Positions 1 to 10,383 of a stretch of 64,000 bases of DNA are shown here, one piece after another. The notes beneath the pieces were generated by a model that searched no databases, was not told the DNA's origin, and saw only the letters and a list, made by a program, of their open reading frames with translations. The DNA comes from Clostridia bacterium. GTDB taxonomy: Bacteria; Bacillota; Clostridia; TANB77; CAG-508. A program made the translations under genes and the position numbers. The stretch lies in NCBI GenBank assembly GCA_900770415.1, contig CAAGKN010000013.1:651-64650 (forward strand), in the 5' to 3' direction. Positions within the stretch are counted from its first letter, which is position 1, and each line of letters opens with the position of its first letter.

Positions 1-106
1 GTAATACAAGTGCTCTTATTTCATTTTCACTATTTTGTTCTAATTTTCTTATTATATTATTTCCTAGAAAACCATTTGCACCAGTTATTATATATAATTT
101 TTTCAT
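1..106 (-). CDS. NAD-dependent epimerase/dehydratase (SDR) family protein, N-terminal part only; the gene runs off the window
   Basis: Reverse translation from ATG 106..104 gives MKKLYIITGANGFLGNNIIRKLEQNSENEIRALV, with a Rossmann GxxGxxG motif. GGAGGTG RBS at 111..117. Confidence 0.6.
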   Translation of the reverse strand, partial: MKKLYIITGANGFLGNNIIRKLEQNSENEIRALVL

Positions 107-350
107 ATCACACCTCCAAGATTTATAGATAGTTACTAATTAAATTTTTATTACTTTGTCAAAAAATCAAATATATTTATTCTTGTTAATGTTTTTGTCT
201 TATATAACTTTGTATATCCACATCTAGAACATTTCCATTTTTCTATACTTATTAGTTTCATTTATAAATTATAATTTCTAGAGTATATTATAACACAAAA
301 GACATATGTTTTTAAAGCCATTTAACTTCATATATTTCCTTTTAAATAAT

Positions 351-482
351 TTATTCTAATTCAAAAGCTCCTGTATATAATTGATAATATTGACCTTTCC
401 CACGCATTAAATCTTCATGATTTTCTCTTTCAATTATCTTTCCGTGATCCATAACCATAATAGCTTTTGAATTTCTAATGTT
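351..482 (-). pseudogene. Remnant of the C-terminus of an ABC transporter ATP-binding domain
   Basis: Reverse translation gives NIRNSKAIMVMDHGKIIERENHEDLMRGKGQYYQLYTGAFELE*. This matches the conserved end of ABC exporter ATPases. There is no upstream Walker or signature region, and the frame is closed upstream. Confidence 0.6.
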
Positions 483-712
483 ACAAATATTGATGTTAAA
501 CTATCACTTAATCGTTTTTCAAATTCTTGTACTTTTTCAAAAGATTCTTTTTGAATTTTTTTCCTTTTTCTGTAATAACTATTTTCTTTTGCCTTGTATT
601 TTCTAATAATGTATCAATTTCTGAATCAGTTATTTGACTATTATTTGCTTTAATTAAATATTTAATATGTGAAATAGATTCCAATCCGTATTTGCTAGTT
701 TTATCTACCTAT
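483..712 (-). pseudogene. Possible decayed MarR-like regulator fragment, frameshifted in an A-run
   Basis: Reverse translation gives ...KYGLESISHIKYLIKANNSQITDSEIDTLLENTRQKKIVITEKGKK, then (after a shift in GGAAAAAAATTC) IQKESFEKVQEFEKRLSDSL. The ITEKGKK segment resembles the MarR wing and C-helix. No intact ORF. Confidence 0.3.
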
Positions 713-921
713 AAAAGCAGATAATTGAAAATTATCTGCTCTATAAAGTGTTGATATTAAATCATTTCTGCAAAATATGTTCCACCCACTTTAGACTAAA
801 TTAATTATGTATCCTCTTAGCCAAAATATATCTGCTTTTAAAATTTTGTAAAGGCTAGGCAAAGCTTATTTATATCAGCTTTTTTAAAATTTATTAGGTT
901 TTATTAAAATACTTAAATGTT

Positions 922-2427
922 CTATGCTAATGGTTTCATTGTTGGGAACAATATTACATCCCTTATTGATTCACTTTCTGTGAATAGCATGCATAATCTA
1001 TCTATTCCGTATCCAATTCCGCCTGCTGGTGGCATACCATATTCTAGTGCTTCAATAAAGTCCATATCTATATCATTTGCCTCATCATTTCCAAGTTCTC
1101 TTTCTTTTAATTGTGCTTCAAATCTTTCTAGCTGATCAATTGGATCATTAAGTTCTGTGTATGCATTAGCAAATTCTTTTCCTGCTATAAATAACTCAAA
1201 TCTATCTACAAATCTTGGGTCTTCTGGATTTTTCTTTGTAAGTGGTGATATTTCTAATGGATGTCCGTATAAAAATGTTGGTTGAATTAGTGTTTCTTCA
1301 ACATATTTTTCAAAGAATGCATTTATTATATGTCCGTAAGTTTTTTCGTGTTCTTCTAGTTCTATATTATGTTCTTCTGCTAGTTTTAAGCATTCATTTA
1401 TATCTGTAATCTTTTTAAAGTCAATTCCTGTTTGTTCCTTAATTGCATCAGTCATACTAATTCTTTTCCATGGTCCTTCAAGGTTAATTTCATTTCCGCT
1501 CCAATTATATATCATTTTTCCTGTTACATCTTTTGCAATTTTTTGGAACATTTTTTCAGTTAAATCCATCATTCCCTCTAAATTAGAATATGCTAAATAA
1601 GCTTCCATTAATGTAAATTCTGGATTATGTTTTAAGTCCATTCCTTCATTTCTAAATACTCTACCTATTTCGTATACAGCTTCCATTCCACCTACTAGTA
1701 ATCTTTTAAGTGGTAATTCTAATGCAATACGAAGATACATATCTAAATTTTGTGCATTATGGTGTGTAACAAATGGTCTTGCAGAAGCACCTGTTAAAAG
1801 TGTTGTTAATACTGGTGTTTCAACTTCTGTAAATCCTTCTCCATCCATAAAGTTTTGTATACATCTAATAATTTTTGGACGTAAGAATGCAACTCTTTTA
1901 GCTTCTTCATTCATTATTAGGTCAACATATCTTCTTCTATATCTTTCTTCTTTATCTGTTAAACCATGAAATTTTTCTGGAAGTGGTCTTAAAGATTTTG
2001 TAAGAAGTACTACTTCTTTTGCATGTACAGAAATTTCTTCTGTTCTTGTTTTAAACACAAATCCTTTTATTCCAATTATATCTCCTATGTCATACGTTTT
2101 GAATGCAGAATAGCTTTCTTCACCTAAATTATTTATGCTAACATAGCTTTGGATTTTTCCTTTTGCATCTTGAATAGTACAAAAAGAGGCTTTTCCCATT
2201 ATTCTTTTTGCCATTATTCTTCCCGCTACAGAAACGTCTTTTCCTTCTAATTCTTCATAGTTATCTTTTATTTCTTGACTTAAATGTGTTCTATTATATT
2301 TTGTTACTTTAAACGGATCTTTTCCTTGTGATTGTAATTCTTTTAATTTTTCTTTTCTAATTGCTATTAAATGATTCTCATCTAATTGTTCTTGGTTATT
2401 TTCAATATTTTCTGCCATGTAATTCAT
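922..2427 (-). CDS. lysS: Lysine--tRNA ligase, class II
   Basis: 501 aa ORF with an OB-fold N-domain and class II motifs (FRNEG, GMPPAGGIGYGIDRL). Confidence 0.95.
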   Translation of the reverse strand: MNYMAENIENNQEQLDENHLIAIRKEKLKELQSQGKDPFKVTKYNRTHLSQEIKDNYEELEGKDVSVAGRIMAKRIMGKASFCTIQDAKGKIQSYVSINNLGEESYSAFKTYDIGDIIGIKGFVFKTRTEEISVHAKEVVLLTKSLRPLPEKFHGLTDKEERYRRRYVDLIMNEEAKRVAFLRPKIIRCIQNFMDGEGFTEVETPVLTTLLTGASARPFVTHHNAQNLDMYLRIALELPLKRLLVGGMEAVYEIGRVFRNEGMDLKHNPEFTLMEAYLAYSNLEGMMDLTEKMFQKIAKDVTGKMIYNWSGNEINLEGPWKRISMTDAIKEQTGIDFKKITDINECLKLAEEHNIELEEHEKTYGHIINAFFEKYVEETLIQPTFLYGHPLEISPLTKKNPEDPRFVDRFELFIAGKEFANAYTELNDPIDQLERFEAQLKERELGNDEANDIDMDFIEALEYGMPPAGGIGYGIDRLCMLFTESESIRDVILFPTMKPLA

Positions 2428-2524
2428 CTCCTTAAAAACTTATTTTAATATTATATACCAAATTGCAATAATTGTAAACCTCAATTTTTGAGTATTCTTA
2501 ATACATAAAATTCCTTTTTTTTTG

Positions 2525-2553
2525 TTGACAATGCATATAAAAAATGTTATAAA
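2525..2553 (+). promoter_or_regulatory. Sigma-A type promoter for the tRNA-Glu gene
   Basis: TTGACA (2525..2530), a 17 nt spacer, then TATAAA (2548..2553), about 17 nt before the tRNA 5' end. Confidence 0.6.
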
Positions 2554-2570
2554 TAAGTGTACGTTTATTT

Positions 2571-2645
2571 GGCCCCTTGGTCAAGCGGTTAAGACGCAGC
2601 CCTCTCAAGGCTGAATCATGGGTTCGATTCCCGTAGGGGTCACCA
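2571..2645 (+). tRNA. tRNA-Glu, anticodon CTC, with encoded CCA
   Basis: Hand-folded cloverleaf: acceptor GGCCCCT/AGGGGTC, anticodon stem CAGCC/GGCTG, loop CTCTCAA, T-arm ATGGG-TTCGATT-CCCGT. Very similar to Bacillus tRNA-Glu. Confidence 0.9.
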
Positions 2646-2697
2646 CACTTGTTTTATGGCAAGAGTGAATAGTAAAAAGTATATAATGTTTTAAAAA

Positions 2698-2718
2698 CAG
2701 GCGATCAATGGTCGCCTG
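2698..2718. terminator. Bidirectional hairpin terminator between tRNA-Glu and mrnC
   Basis: CAGGCGA-TCAATGG-TCGCCTG, flanked by an A-run upstream and a T-run downstream. Confidence 0.6.
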
Positions 2719-2728
2719 TTTAATTATA

Positions 2729-3106
2729 TTAATTTATGCATTTACTTAATATTTCATCTAATCTTTCTTTTTGTCCACTCAAATATAAATATCCTATTAA
2801 TCCTTCAAATGCCGTAGCATACATGTAATCTGTTGGATCTGCATTTTTAGGCAAATGATGATTTTGAGTATTTCTAGTTCTTCTAACAATTTCTAGTTCC
2901 TCTGGTGTTAAATATTCTTTTATTTTTTCTAGAGTGTCTGCTTGTGCTTTGGCTTTTACATATTTAATTGTTTCTATATGTAATTTGTGTGGTTTTAAAT
3001 TTGTTGCATTTACAAGTTTCTCTCTCACATATAACTCATAAACGCTATCTCCAACATAAGCCCAAACAAGTGGCGACATTAAATTTACTTCTTCTTTACT
3101 TTTCAT
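2729..3106 (-). CDS. mrnC: Mini-ribonuclease III
   Basis: 125 aa with the LVWAYVGDSVYELYVREKL and ATAFEGLIGYLYL motifs typical of Mini-III (YazC). Confidence 0.85.
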   Translation of the reverse strand: MKSKEEVNLMSPLVWAYVGDSVYELYVREKLVNATNLKPHKLHIETIKYVKAKAQADTLEKIKEYLTPEELEIVRRTRNTQNHHLPKNADPTDYMYATAFEGLIGYLYLSGQKERLDEILSKCIN

Positions 3107-3992
3107 TTACCTTCTCCAATGTTATTTTTCCTAATTTTCCGCTTCTAAAATCATTTAGTATTATTTTTGCAGTTTTTTCATCATCTATCTCTCCACCAGA
3201 TACAACGGCTCCTCTTTTTCTTCCTATTAGTTTCATAAGATTATATAGTTTCTCATTTTCGTCTTCTGAATCTATTTGGTCTAATTCGCTTTCTGTTATT
3301 TTATATCTTTCCAATAAATTTGCTTTATAATTATTATATAAATATATTAATAGCTTGAATGCTACTTCTATTGTTTCTAGCACTTCATCTTTTATTGAGC
3401 CTGTGTATGCTAAATTTAGTGCAACAGTTTCATCTTCAAACTTTGGCCATAAAACACCTGGTGTATCTAGCAATTCTATATTATTAGCTATTCTTACCCA
3501 TTGCTTTTGTTTTGTAACACCTGGCTTGTTCCCTACAATAGTTGTTTTTTTATTACATAGTCTGTTTATTAATGATGACTTTCCTACATTTGGTATTCCA
3601 AGTATTACAACTCTTATGTTTTTCTTCACTCTACCTTTTAGCGCTGCTTTTTGAGTTTCTTCTTCTACTGATTTTTCTATTTGATTTAATATTTCTTTTA
3701 TGCCTTTTCCTAAATTTGCATCACATGCAATTGCGGTTATATTATTATTTTTGTAATACTCAATCCATTTTTTAGTTTCTTTGTCTTCTGCCAAGTCACT
3801 TTTATTTAATAGTACTATTCTTTTTTTGTTTTGTACTATTTTTTGTATATCTGGATTTCTACTTGATTTTGGTATACGTGCATCTAGTAATTCTACAACT
3901 ACATCTATTAATTTTAAATCTTCAATTATTTGTTTTTTTGTTTTTAACATGTGTCCTGGATACCAGTTTATATTTGTTCTATTCTCGTTCAT
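3096..3992 (-). CDS. rbgA: Ribosome biogenesis GTPase A (YlqF/RbgA)
   Basis: 298 aa. Starts INWYPGHM, has circularly permuted GTPase motifs (NKSDL ... GIPNVGKSSLINRL ... DTPG). Confidence 0.9.
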   Translation of the reverse strand: MNENRTNINWYPGHMLKTKKQIIEDLKLIDVVVELLDARIPKSSRNPDIQKIVQNKKRIVLLNKSDLAEDKETKKWIEYYKNNNITAIACDANLGKGIKEILNQIEKSVEEETQKAALKGRVKKNIRVVILGIPNVGKSSLINRLCNKKTTIVGNKPGVTKQKQWVRIANNIELLDTPGVLWPKFEDETVALNLAYTGSIKDEVLETIEVAFKLLIYLYNNYKANLLERYKITESELDQIDSEDENEKLYNLMKLIGRKRGAVVSGGEIDDEKTAKIILNDFRSGKLGKITLEKVNEK

Positions 3993-4142
3993 ATTTTCAC
4001 CCTATTTTTTATTTAATACCTTTATATTTTAGCATAAAAGCAAGTGATTTTCAACTAATCACTTGCTTTTATAATTTATCAGGTTCTATTACAGTGTCAT
4101 GTGCCATTACTAAAAAAAGGCATTTCTGCCTTTTTTAGTTTT

Positions 4143-4580
4143 TTAGCTATTAGATTGTGGTCCAACATATTCTGCACTACCAAATCCTAATATCATTTGG
4201 AATATTGGTGTTAAGAAAACTAAACCAACTATAAATCCTGCACCTTTGCCAAATGCTTGTCCAAGTTTAACCATTGATATTACTGAAAGAACTAATATAG
4301 CTATATAACCTAAAATTGGTATTATACCTGTTAAATATATTAATAATAGCCATGGTGATAAACCTATAATTTTATAAAGTACAACCATATTGTAAACTGG
4401 TATTAATGACTTCCATCCAGCTTCTCCAGCCTTTGTGAAAATCTTCCATTGAGCAATAACAAGTAATACATAAAAAGCTATAGCAATAGCAGAATATGTT
4501 CCAAGCATTGCATTCAATGTTGCTGTTGCAGTAGTAGCAGGTATATCTGCTGTATACGAATAGTAGTATAAATCTTCCAT
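4143..4580 (-). CDS. Small multi-pass membrane protein, DUF5684-like
   Basis: 145 aa. The WKIFTKAGEAGWKSLIPVYNMVVLYKIIG segment resembles the DUF5684 signature. Three or four hydrophobic spans. Confidence 0.4.
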   Translation of the reverse strand: MEDLYYYSYTADIPATTATATLNAMLGTYSAIAIAFYVLLVIAQWKIFTKAGEAGWKSLIPVYNMVVLYKIIGLSPWLLLIYLTGIIPILGYIAILVLSVISMVKLGQAFGKGAGFIVGLVFLTPIFQMILGFGSAEYVGPQSNS

Positions 4581-4657
4581 TTATATCCCCCCCTTCTTTT
4601 GTATATAATTATAATAATATATAAAAGTATTTTTTTCAACATTACTTTACAAATTAT

Positions 4658-5128
4658 CTAAAATTTATATTGATTTTTATCTGCTCTATCATCTAGTTTT
4701 CTATCATATTCTTCGCTTCCATAAAACCAATCTGTTTTTTTGTTTCCTGCCGCACTTTTTCTGTCTTTATTAATTGCAATATCTAATACTGTCAAAAGTG
4801 GTATAATTACTCCTATTATTGAAACAAATAGTGTAGCATATTCTGTAACTTCTGTTTGTCCACTTGTAATTGCTGTAATTTGATTGTACACGTCTGTTCC
4901 AAAGTATAATCCGTAAGATACAAAGTATATTAAAGCACCAATAAGTTTTCTTTTAACAATAAGCACAAAGCATATTAATGTTACAAATAATAATATTATT
5001 TCTACTGTTGGATTTAATGGTTGAATTGGAAAATCTTTTTGCATACTGTTCAAAAGTGCTACTGCGACTCTAGATATCCAAAAAATGCCTCCTACCATTG
5101 TAATTAAATAACTAAATACACTTGTCAT
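4658..5128 (-). CDS. Hypothetical membrane protein
   Basis: 156 aa ORF with four hydrophobic spans and a charged C-terminal tail. No recognisable family. Confidence 0.4.
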   Translation of the reverse strand: MTSVFSYLITMVGGIFWISRVAVALLNSMQKDFPIQPLNPTVEIILLFVTLICFVLIVKRKLIGALIYFVSYGLYFGTDVYNQITAITSGQTEVTEYATLFVSIIGVIIPLLTVLDIAINKDRKSAAGNKKTDWFYGSEEYDRKLDDRADKNQYKF

Positions 5129-5173
5129 AAGTATTCCCCCTATATATTTTTCTTAATTCTATCACAAAGGTTT

Positions 5174-6025
5174 TTAAATTACTATATCTCTTTTTAATAA
5201 TTTGTTTTCAATTACTCCAATTCCTATAAATTGCTCATTATTATATATTCTGTATATACTATTTGGTAAATTATATGTTAGTTTTACTCCATTTAAAAAT
5301 AGTTCTAATTTTTTGTTATCTAATTCTATTGTTTCTTTCTCTTTAAAAACTTCTTCTATTTTTATCATGTTTTTTTCTGCATTTTCTAATGTTATATCAT
5401 CTAGTAAAATTGAATCTTCTATCCTAAAATTATTTACTTTTGTTCTTTGTAGCTCTTCCATATATCCTACTGTTCCAAGCTTTTTAGCTATATCCTCACA
5501 TAATGTTCTTATATAAGTTCCTTTTGAACATTCTACTTCGAATTTTATTTTGTTGTTTTGATATTCTAATAATTCTATTTTATATATTTCTATTTCTCTT
5601 GCCTCAAGTTTTACTTCTTTTCCTTCTCTTGCATATTCATAAAGTTTTTTTCCATTTATTTTAATTGCAGAATACATTGGTGGTACTTGTTTTTGCTTAC
5701 CAAAGAAGTTTTGTAGAGCATTATTTATATCTTCTTTTTTTAAATCTGCTGGTATCGATTTTTCTTCTATAACTTGTCCTTCACTATCACCTGTATCTGT
5801 TTTTTCTCCTAATTTAATTGTAGCTATATATGTTTTATCATGTTCCATTAGGTATTTAGAAATTTTTGTTGCTTTTCCTACCAGAATTGGCAAAACACCG
5901 GTAGCATTTGGATCTAGTGTACCGGTGTGTCCTACTTTTTTTGTATTCAATTTTTTTCTTATAACATTTACAACATCATGCGAAGTAAAACCTTTTTGCT
6001 TGTTTATTAAGATTAGTCCGTCCAT
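5174..6025 (-). CDS. truB: tRNA pseudouridine(55) synthase
   Basis: 283 aa with GFTSHDVV ... VGHTGTLDPNATGVLP catalytic Asp motif. Conserved position after nrnA/rbfA. Confidence 0.9.
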   Translation of the reverse strand: MDGLILINKQKGFTSHDVVNVIRKKLNTKKVGHTGTLDPNATGVLPILVGKATKISKYLMEHDKTYIATIKLGEKTDTGDSEGQVIEEKSIPADLKKEDINNALQNFFGKQKQVPPMYSAIKINGKKLYEYAREGKEVKLEAREIEIYKIELLEYQNNKIKFEVECSKGTYIRTLCEDIAKKLGTVGYMEELQRTKVNNFRIEDSILLDDITLENAEKNMIKIEEVFKEKETIELDNKKLELFLNGVKLTYNLPNSIYRIYNNEQFIGIGVIENKLLKRDIVI

Positions 6026-6034
6026 TTATTCCCC

Positions 6035-6985
6035 TTATTTTAAGTATTTTTTACATTCTTCTATTACTTTTTGCTTTGCTTGTTCAAATGGTAGGTTTAT
6101 GCTGCCTCCAGCGGCTCTTATATGACCTCCGCCTGAAAACATTAAGCATATATCAGAAACATTAACATAGTCGTTTGAACGTAAAGAAATTTTATATCCA
6201 TCATCTTTCTCTCTAAAGAATATTGATACTTCTACGCCTTCTATATCTCTTCCCATTTCTACTATTCCATCGTAATCATTTATTCCTGCATTTACTTTAT
6301 CTTCATCTTCTTTTGTTATGTATGTAAATGTAATCTTTCCATCTTCAAAAAACTCTATTCTATTCATTGCAATTCTTCTTAATTCAAATTGAGTTTTTGA
6401 TATTGTTTGCATTACTCTTTTATATATGTCTGATACTTTTACGCCTTTATTTAATAATTCTGCTGTGAATTCAAAAGTTTCTGCTGTTACGCCTGAATAC
6501 TTAAATCCTCCTGTATCTGTAATTATTCCTGTTAATAAGCATGTTCCTATCTCTTTATTAATTATTACTCCCAAAGCTTCTAAAACTGTAATTAAAATTT
6601 GACAACATGCTGGTGCTGCTGGATTCACAAAATTATAGTCTGCAAACATTGTATTTGCACTATGGTGGTCTATTGATATTTTTGTATTTGCGTCTTCAAA
6701 GTATTTTGCAAATCCATTCAATCTTTTTATATCTCCACAATCTAAAGCTATTGCTAAATCATACGAAGCTACTTTTCCTTCACTTTTTATGTCATCTGCA
6801 TTAGGTAAAAATTTATATATATTTGAATATTCTGGTATTACAACATCAACATTTTTTCCTAATTGTTTTAGTCCATTATATAATGCTAAACTGCTTCCTA
6901 TTGCATCTCCATCTGGATTTTCGTGTGTTAATATTACTATGTTTTCAGCACTATTTATTTCTTCTATAATACTATCTAGGGTCAT
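6035..6985 (-). CDS. nrnA: DHH/DHHA1 phosphoesterase (NrnA-type oligoribonuclease / pAp phosphatase)
   Basis: 316 aa with HENPDGDAIGS, DCGD, DHH and GGGH motifs. Confidence 0.8.
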   Translation of the reverse strand: MTLDSIIEEINSAENIVILTHENPDGDAIGSSLALYNGLKQLGKNVDVVIPEYSNIYKFLPNADDIKSEGKVASYDLAIALDCGDIKRLNGFAKYFEDANTKISIDHHSANTMFADYNFVNPAAPACCQILITVLEALGVIINKEIGTCLLTGIITDTGGFKYSGVTAETFEFTAELLNKGVKVSDIYKRVMQTISKTQFELRRIAMNRIEFFEDGKITFTYITKEDEDKVNAGINDYDGIVEMGRDIEGVEVSIFFREKDDGYKISLRSNDYVNVSDICLMFSGGGHIRAAGGSINLPFEQAKQKVIEECKKYLK

Positions 6986-6997
6986 ATTTAATCTCCT

Positions 6998-7369
6998 TTA
7001 TTCATTTGGTTTAATATCTTTCATTATGTCTTTTAGAATTGTGTCTATTCTTTCTCCATATTCCATTGAATCGTCTAACTCAAAAACTAATTCTGGCGTT
7101 ACCCTTAAATTAACACTTTGAGCAATCCTACTTCTTATAAATCCAGAAGAAGATTTTAAACCTGCCAATGTTTGTTTAATATTTCTAGAATTTAGTATGC
7201 TAACTTTAACTTTTGCATATCTTAAATCTGGGGAAATTTTTACAGAAGTTACACTGACCATTCCTGTTACATTTGAATTTGTAACTTCATAGTTAATTAT
7301 ATTACTTATTTCCCTTTTTAATTCTTCATTTATTCTATTAAGTCTGTTATTTCCGTTTTCTCTTTTCAT
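6998..7369 (-). CDS. rbfA: Ribosome-binding factor A
   Basis: 123 aa. Has the RbfA KH-like signature (VTSVKISPDLRYAKVKVS) and lies downstream of infB. Confidence 0.9.
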   Translation of the reverse strand: MKRENGNNRLNRINEELKREISNIINYEVTNSNVTGMVSVTSVKISPDLRYAKVKVSILNSRNIKQTLAGLKSSSGFIRSRIAQSVNLRVTPELVFELDDSMEYGERIDTILKDIMKDIKPNE

Positions 7370-7465
7370 TGTTTCTCCTTTTGAGGTGCTTTGTCAAAAT
7401 AAATCAAAATTAGTAGATTGTGCATTTAGAAAATGTGCAAGGTACTGATTTTTATTCGTTTTTTA

Positions 7466-10342
7466 CTATTGTTTTATTTGTTCCATAACATAAGCCTCAA
7501 TAATATCTCCCTCTTTAATGTCATTAAAGTTTTCTATTTGAATTCCACATTCAAATCCTTTTGCAACTTCTTTTGCATCATCTTTCATTCTCTTTAATGA
7601 AATTAATTTTCCATCATGTATTACAACATTATCTCTTAATACTCTAACTCCTGCGTTTCTTGCAACTTTACCACTTGTTACATAGCATCCAGCAATAGTA
7701 CCAACATCTGAGATTTTAAATGTTTGTCTAACTTCTGCATTTCCTATTACTACTTCTTTAAATACTGGGTCTAACATTCCTTTCATAGCTGCTTCTACAT
7801 CTTCTATTGCATTGTATATTACAGAGTATGTTTTTATTTCTACATTTTCTTTATCAGCCATATCTTTTGCAATAGCTTCAGGTCTTACATTAAATCCTAT
7901 AATTATTGCATTTGATACATTTGCAAGTGTAACGTCACTTTCTGTTATTGCACCAACATTTGCATGTATTACTTTAACTTTTACTTCGTCATTTGATAAT
8001 TTTTCTAATGATTGTTTTACAGCTTCTACTGATCCTTGAACATCTGCTTTTACTATAATGTTTAATTGTTTTAAGTTTCCTTTTTCTATTTGGCTAAATA
8101 AGTCATCTAATGTAACTCTTGATGATGCTTTTAATGCTTTATCTCTTGCTTGACGTTTTCTTCTTTCCATTAAGTGTTTTGCAGTTTTTTCATCTTTTAC
8201 TTCATAGAAAGTATCTCCTGCTTCTGGTACTTCTGTTAAACCTGTTATTTCTACTGGTGTTGAAGGTCCTGCTTTTTTTACTCTATGTCCTTTATCGTCT
8301 GTCATTGTTCTTATTCTACCTATAACAGAGCCTACTAAGATTGTATCTCCCACATCTAATGTACCACGTTGTACAAGCATTGTTGCAACTGGTCCTTTTG
8401 ATTTATCTAGTTTTGCTTCTATTACTACACCTTTTGCTTGTTTATTTGGATTTGCTTTTAGTTCTTTCATATCTGCAACTAAAAGTACCATTTCTAATAA
8501 ATTGTCTATATTAATCTTTTTCTTTGCTGAGATTGGAACAAAGATAGTATCTCCTCCCCAATCTTCTGAAACTAATCCATATTCTGCAAGTTCTTGTTTT
8601 ACTTTGTCTGGATTTGCTCCTTCTACATCTATTTTGTTTATTGCAACAATAATTGGTATTCCAGCAGCTTTTGCATGGTCTATTGCTTCGATTGTTTGTG
8701 GCATTACTCCATCATTTGCAGCAACTACCAATATTGCTATATCTGTTATTTGAGCACCTCTTGCTCTCATTGCTGTAAATGCTTCGTGTCCTGGTGTATC
8801 TAAGAATGTAATCTCTCTACCATTTATTTCTACCTTATATGCACCTATCGCTTGTGTAATTCCTCCTGCTTCTCCTTCTATTACATTTGTAGACCTTACT
8901 GCATCTAGTAAAGAAGTTTTACCATGGTCAACGTGTCCCATAACAACAATTACTGGTGGTCTTGGTTTTAAGTCTTCTTCTTTGTCTTCACTATCATCAA
9001 ATAAAATATCTTCATCTGTAACTACTTCTTTTTTATGAGCAGTTACTCCAAACTCTCCAGCTATTAAGAATGCTGTATCAAAGTCAATTTCATTGTTTAT
9101 TGTTGCCATTATTCCATAGCCTAATAGTTTTTTTATAATTTCTCCACTAGTCTTTTTAAGTTCTGCACTTAAATCTTTTACTGTTATTGTTTCTGGTATT
9201 GTTATATCTGTTAAATCAAATATTTTTTGTTTTACTCTGTTTTCACCTTGTTGTAATTTTTTCTTTCCTCTTCTTCCTCTTGTTGTTGTTAAATCATAAT
9301 AGTCTAGCATAGAACCTTCATCAAACATATTTGATAATCTATTTTCTTGTTTTAAATCTTTTAATTTGTGACTGCTTATTTCTTCGAAATCATTTCTTCT
9401 TGATTTAGAAGATTTTTTGTTTGTCTTTTCTTCATATCTATTGTTCTTTTGTTTGTCTATTGCTTTGTTTGCATATTCTCTTACATTTTCTTTTTCTACT
9501 ACGTCAGAAGCCATAATATTCTTTATGTTTTTCTCTATTCCTCTTTCATCTAATGGTCTTCTTCCGCCAAAATTTCCCTGGTTTCTATTATTGTTGAAAG
9601 GTCTTTGTCCATCTCTATTAAATGGTCTATTGTTTTGTCCATCCCTATTAAAAGGTCTTTGCCCATCTCTGTTATATGGTCTATTTTGTCCATCTCTATT
9701 ATAAGGCCTTTGTCCATTTTCCCTATTATATGGTCTTTGATTATCTCTATTAAATTCTCTATTACCAAAAGGCCTTTGTTGTACAGGTCTTTGAGTTGTT
9801 GCTTCAGCTTGTTTAGGTTGAACTTTGTTTGTGTTTTCTATTTTTGTTTCTTCTTTTTTCTCTATTGGTGTAACTATCTCTTTTTTATCCACTTCTACTG
9901 TTTCTTGTTTTTCTACTACTGGTTTTTCAGTTTGTTTTGCCTTTTTAGGTTCTTCTTTCTTTCCAAATAATTCACTTACAGTAAGAGGTTTTGTAGGTTT
10001 ATTTCTATACACAATATTATAGTCTGTTTTTCTTTGTCTTTCTATAAATCCAACATCTCTATCTTTTTTAATTTCTGCTTTTTTTGCTTCATCTTTTTTT
10101 GTTGTATCAGAATCAGTCATAATTACTTCTCTTCTAATTATAACTGGACTATCTTTCTTTTCTTTTACTTCTTTTTTTGGAGTAGCATTTGAGAATTTAG
10201 CCTCTATTTTTTTAGCATCGTTCTCATCAACACTACTCATGTGTGTTTTTACATCTAATCCTAATTCCAATGCTTTTTCTAATACCTCTTTACTATTTAC
10301 ACCTATTTTTTTTGCTATTTCATGTATTTTTATTTTACCCAA
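7466..10342 (-). CDS. infB: Translation initiation factor IF-2
   Basis: About 958 aa. GTPase domain [24 protein letters not shown] and C-terminal IF2 domains. Likely start is TTG at 10342, 6 nt after a GGGGGTG RBS; the ORF track's GTG at 10357 lies inside that RBS. Confidence 0.95.
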   Translation of the reverse strand: MGKIKIHEIAKKIGVNSKEVLEKALELGLDVKTHMSSVDENDAKKIEAKFSNATPKKEVKEKKDSPVIIRREVIMTDSDTTKKDEAKKAEIKKDRDVGFIERQRKTDYNIVYRNKPTKPLTVSELFGKKEEPKKAKQTEKPVVEKQETVEVDKKEIVTPIEKKEETKIENTNKVQPKQAEATTQRPVQQRPFGNREFNRDNQRPYNRENGQRPYNRDGQNRPYNRDGQRPFNRDGQNNRPFNRDGQRPFNNNRNQGNFGGRRPLDERGIEKNIKNIMASDVVEKENVREYANKAIDKQKNNRYEEKTNKKSSKSRRNDFEEISSHKLKDLKQENRLSNMFDEGSMLDYYDLTTTRGRRGKKKLQQGENRVKQKIFDLTDITIPETITVKDLSAELKKTSGEIIKKLLGYGIMATINNEIDFDTAFLIAGEFGVTAHKKEVVTDEDILFDDSEDKEEDLKPRPPVIVVMGHVDHGKTSLLDAVRSTNVIEGEAGGITQAIGAYKVEINGREITFLDTPGHEAFTAMRARGAQITDIAILVVAANDGVMPQTIEAIDHAKAAGIPIIVAINKIDVEGANPDKVKQELAEYGLVSEDWGGDTIFVPISAKKKINIDNLLEMVLLVADMKELKANPNKQAKGVVIEAKLDKSKGPVATMLVQRGTLDVGDTILVGSVIGRIRTMTDDKGHRVKKAGPSTPVEITGLTEVPEAGDTFYEVKDEKTAKHLMERRKRQARDKALKASSRVTLDDLFSQIEKGNLKQLNIIVKADVQGSVEAVKQSLEKLSNDEVKVKVIHANVGAITESDVTLANVSNAIIIGFNVRPEAIAKDMADKENVEIKTYSVIYNAIEDVEAAMKGMLDPVFKEVVIGNAEVRQTFKISDVGTIAGCYVTSGKVARNAGVRVLRDNVVIHDGKLISLKRMKDDAKEVAKGFECGIQIENFNDIKEGDIIEAYVMEQIKQ

Positions 10343-10383
10343 TAGTGTCACCCCCACAAATTTCTTTAATGCTTATTTTGTTT

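Noticed and set aside
151-261. 36-codon minus-strand ORF (MKLISIEKWKCSRCGYTKLYKTKTLTRINIFDFLTK) with one CxxC.
   Set aside because: It is very short, has only half of a zinc-ribbon pattern and no clear RBS. It is probably another gene remnant in the decayed region.
716-740. Hairpin GCAGATAAT-TGAAA-ATTATCTGC, and the AAAGCT...AGCTTTTTT hairpin near 863..890, as lysS terminators.
   Set aside because: Orientation and distance relative to lysS are ambiguous. They may be relics of the decayed upstream genes, so they are not annotated as features.
9550-9768. 72-aa minus-strand ORF in an alternative frame of infB, plus + strand ORFs over the same repeats.
   Set aside because: These are a product of the tandem 27-30 nt repeats inside infB. 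The IF2 frame is continuous and conserved on both sides.
9590-9790. Possible CRISPR-like or noncoding tandem repeat.
   Set aside because: The repeats are contiguous with no spacers, in frame within infB, and encode a peptide repeat.
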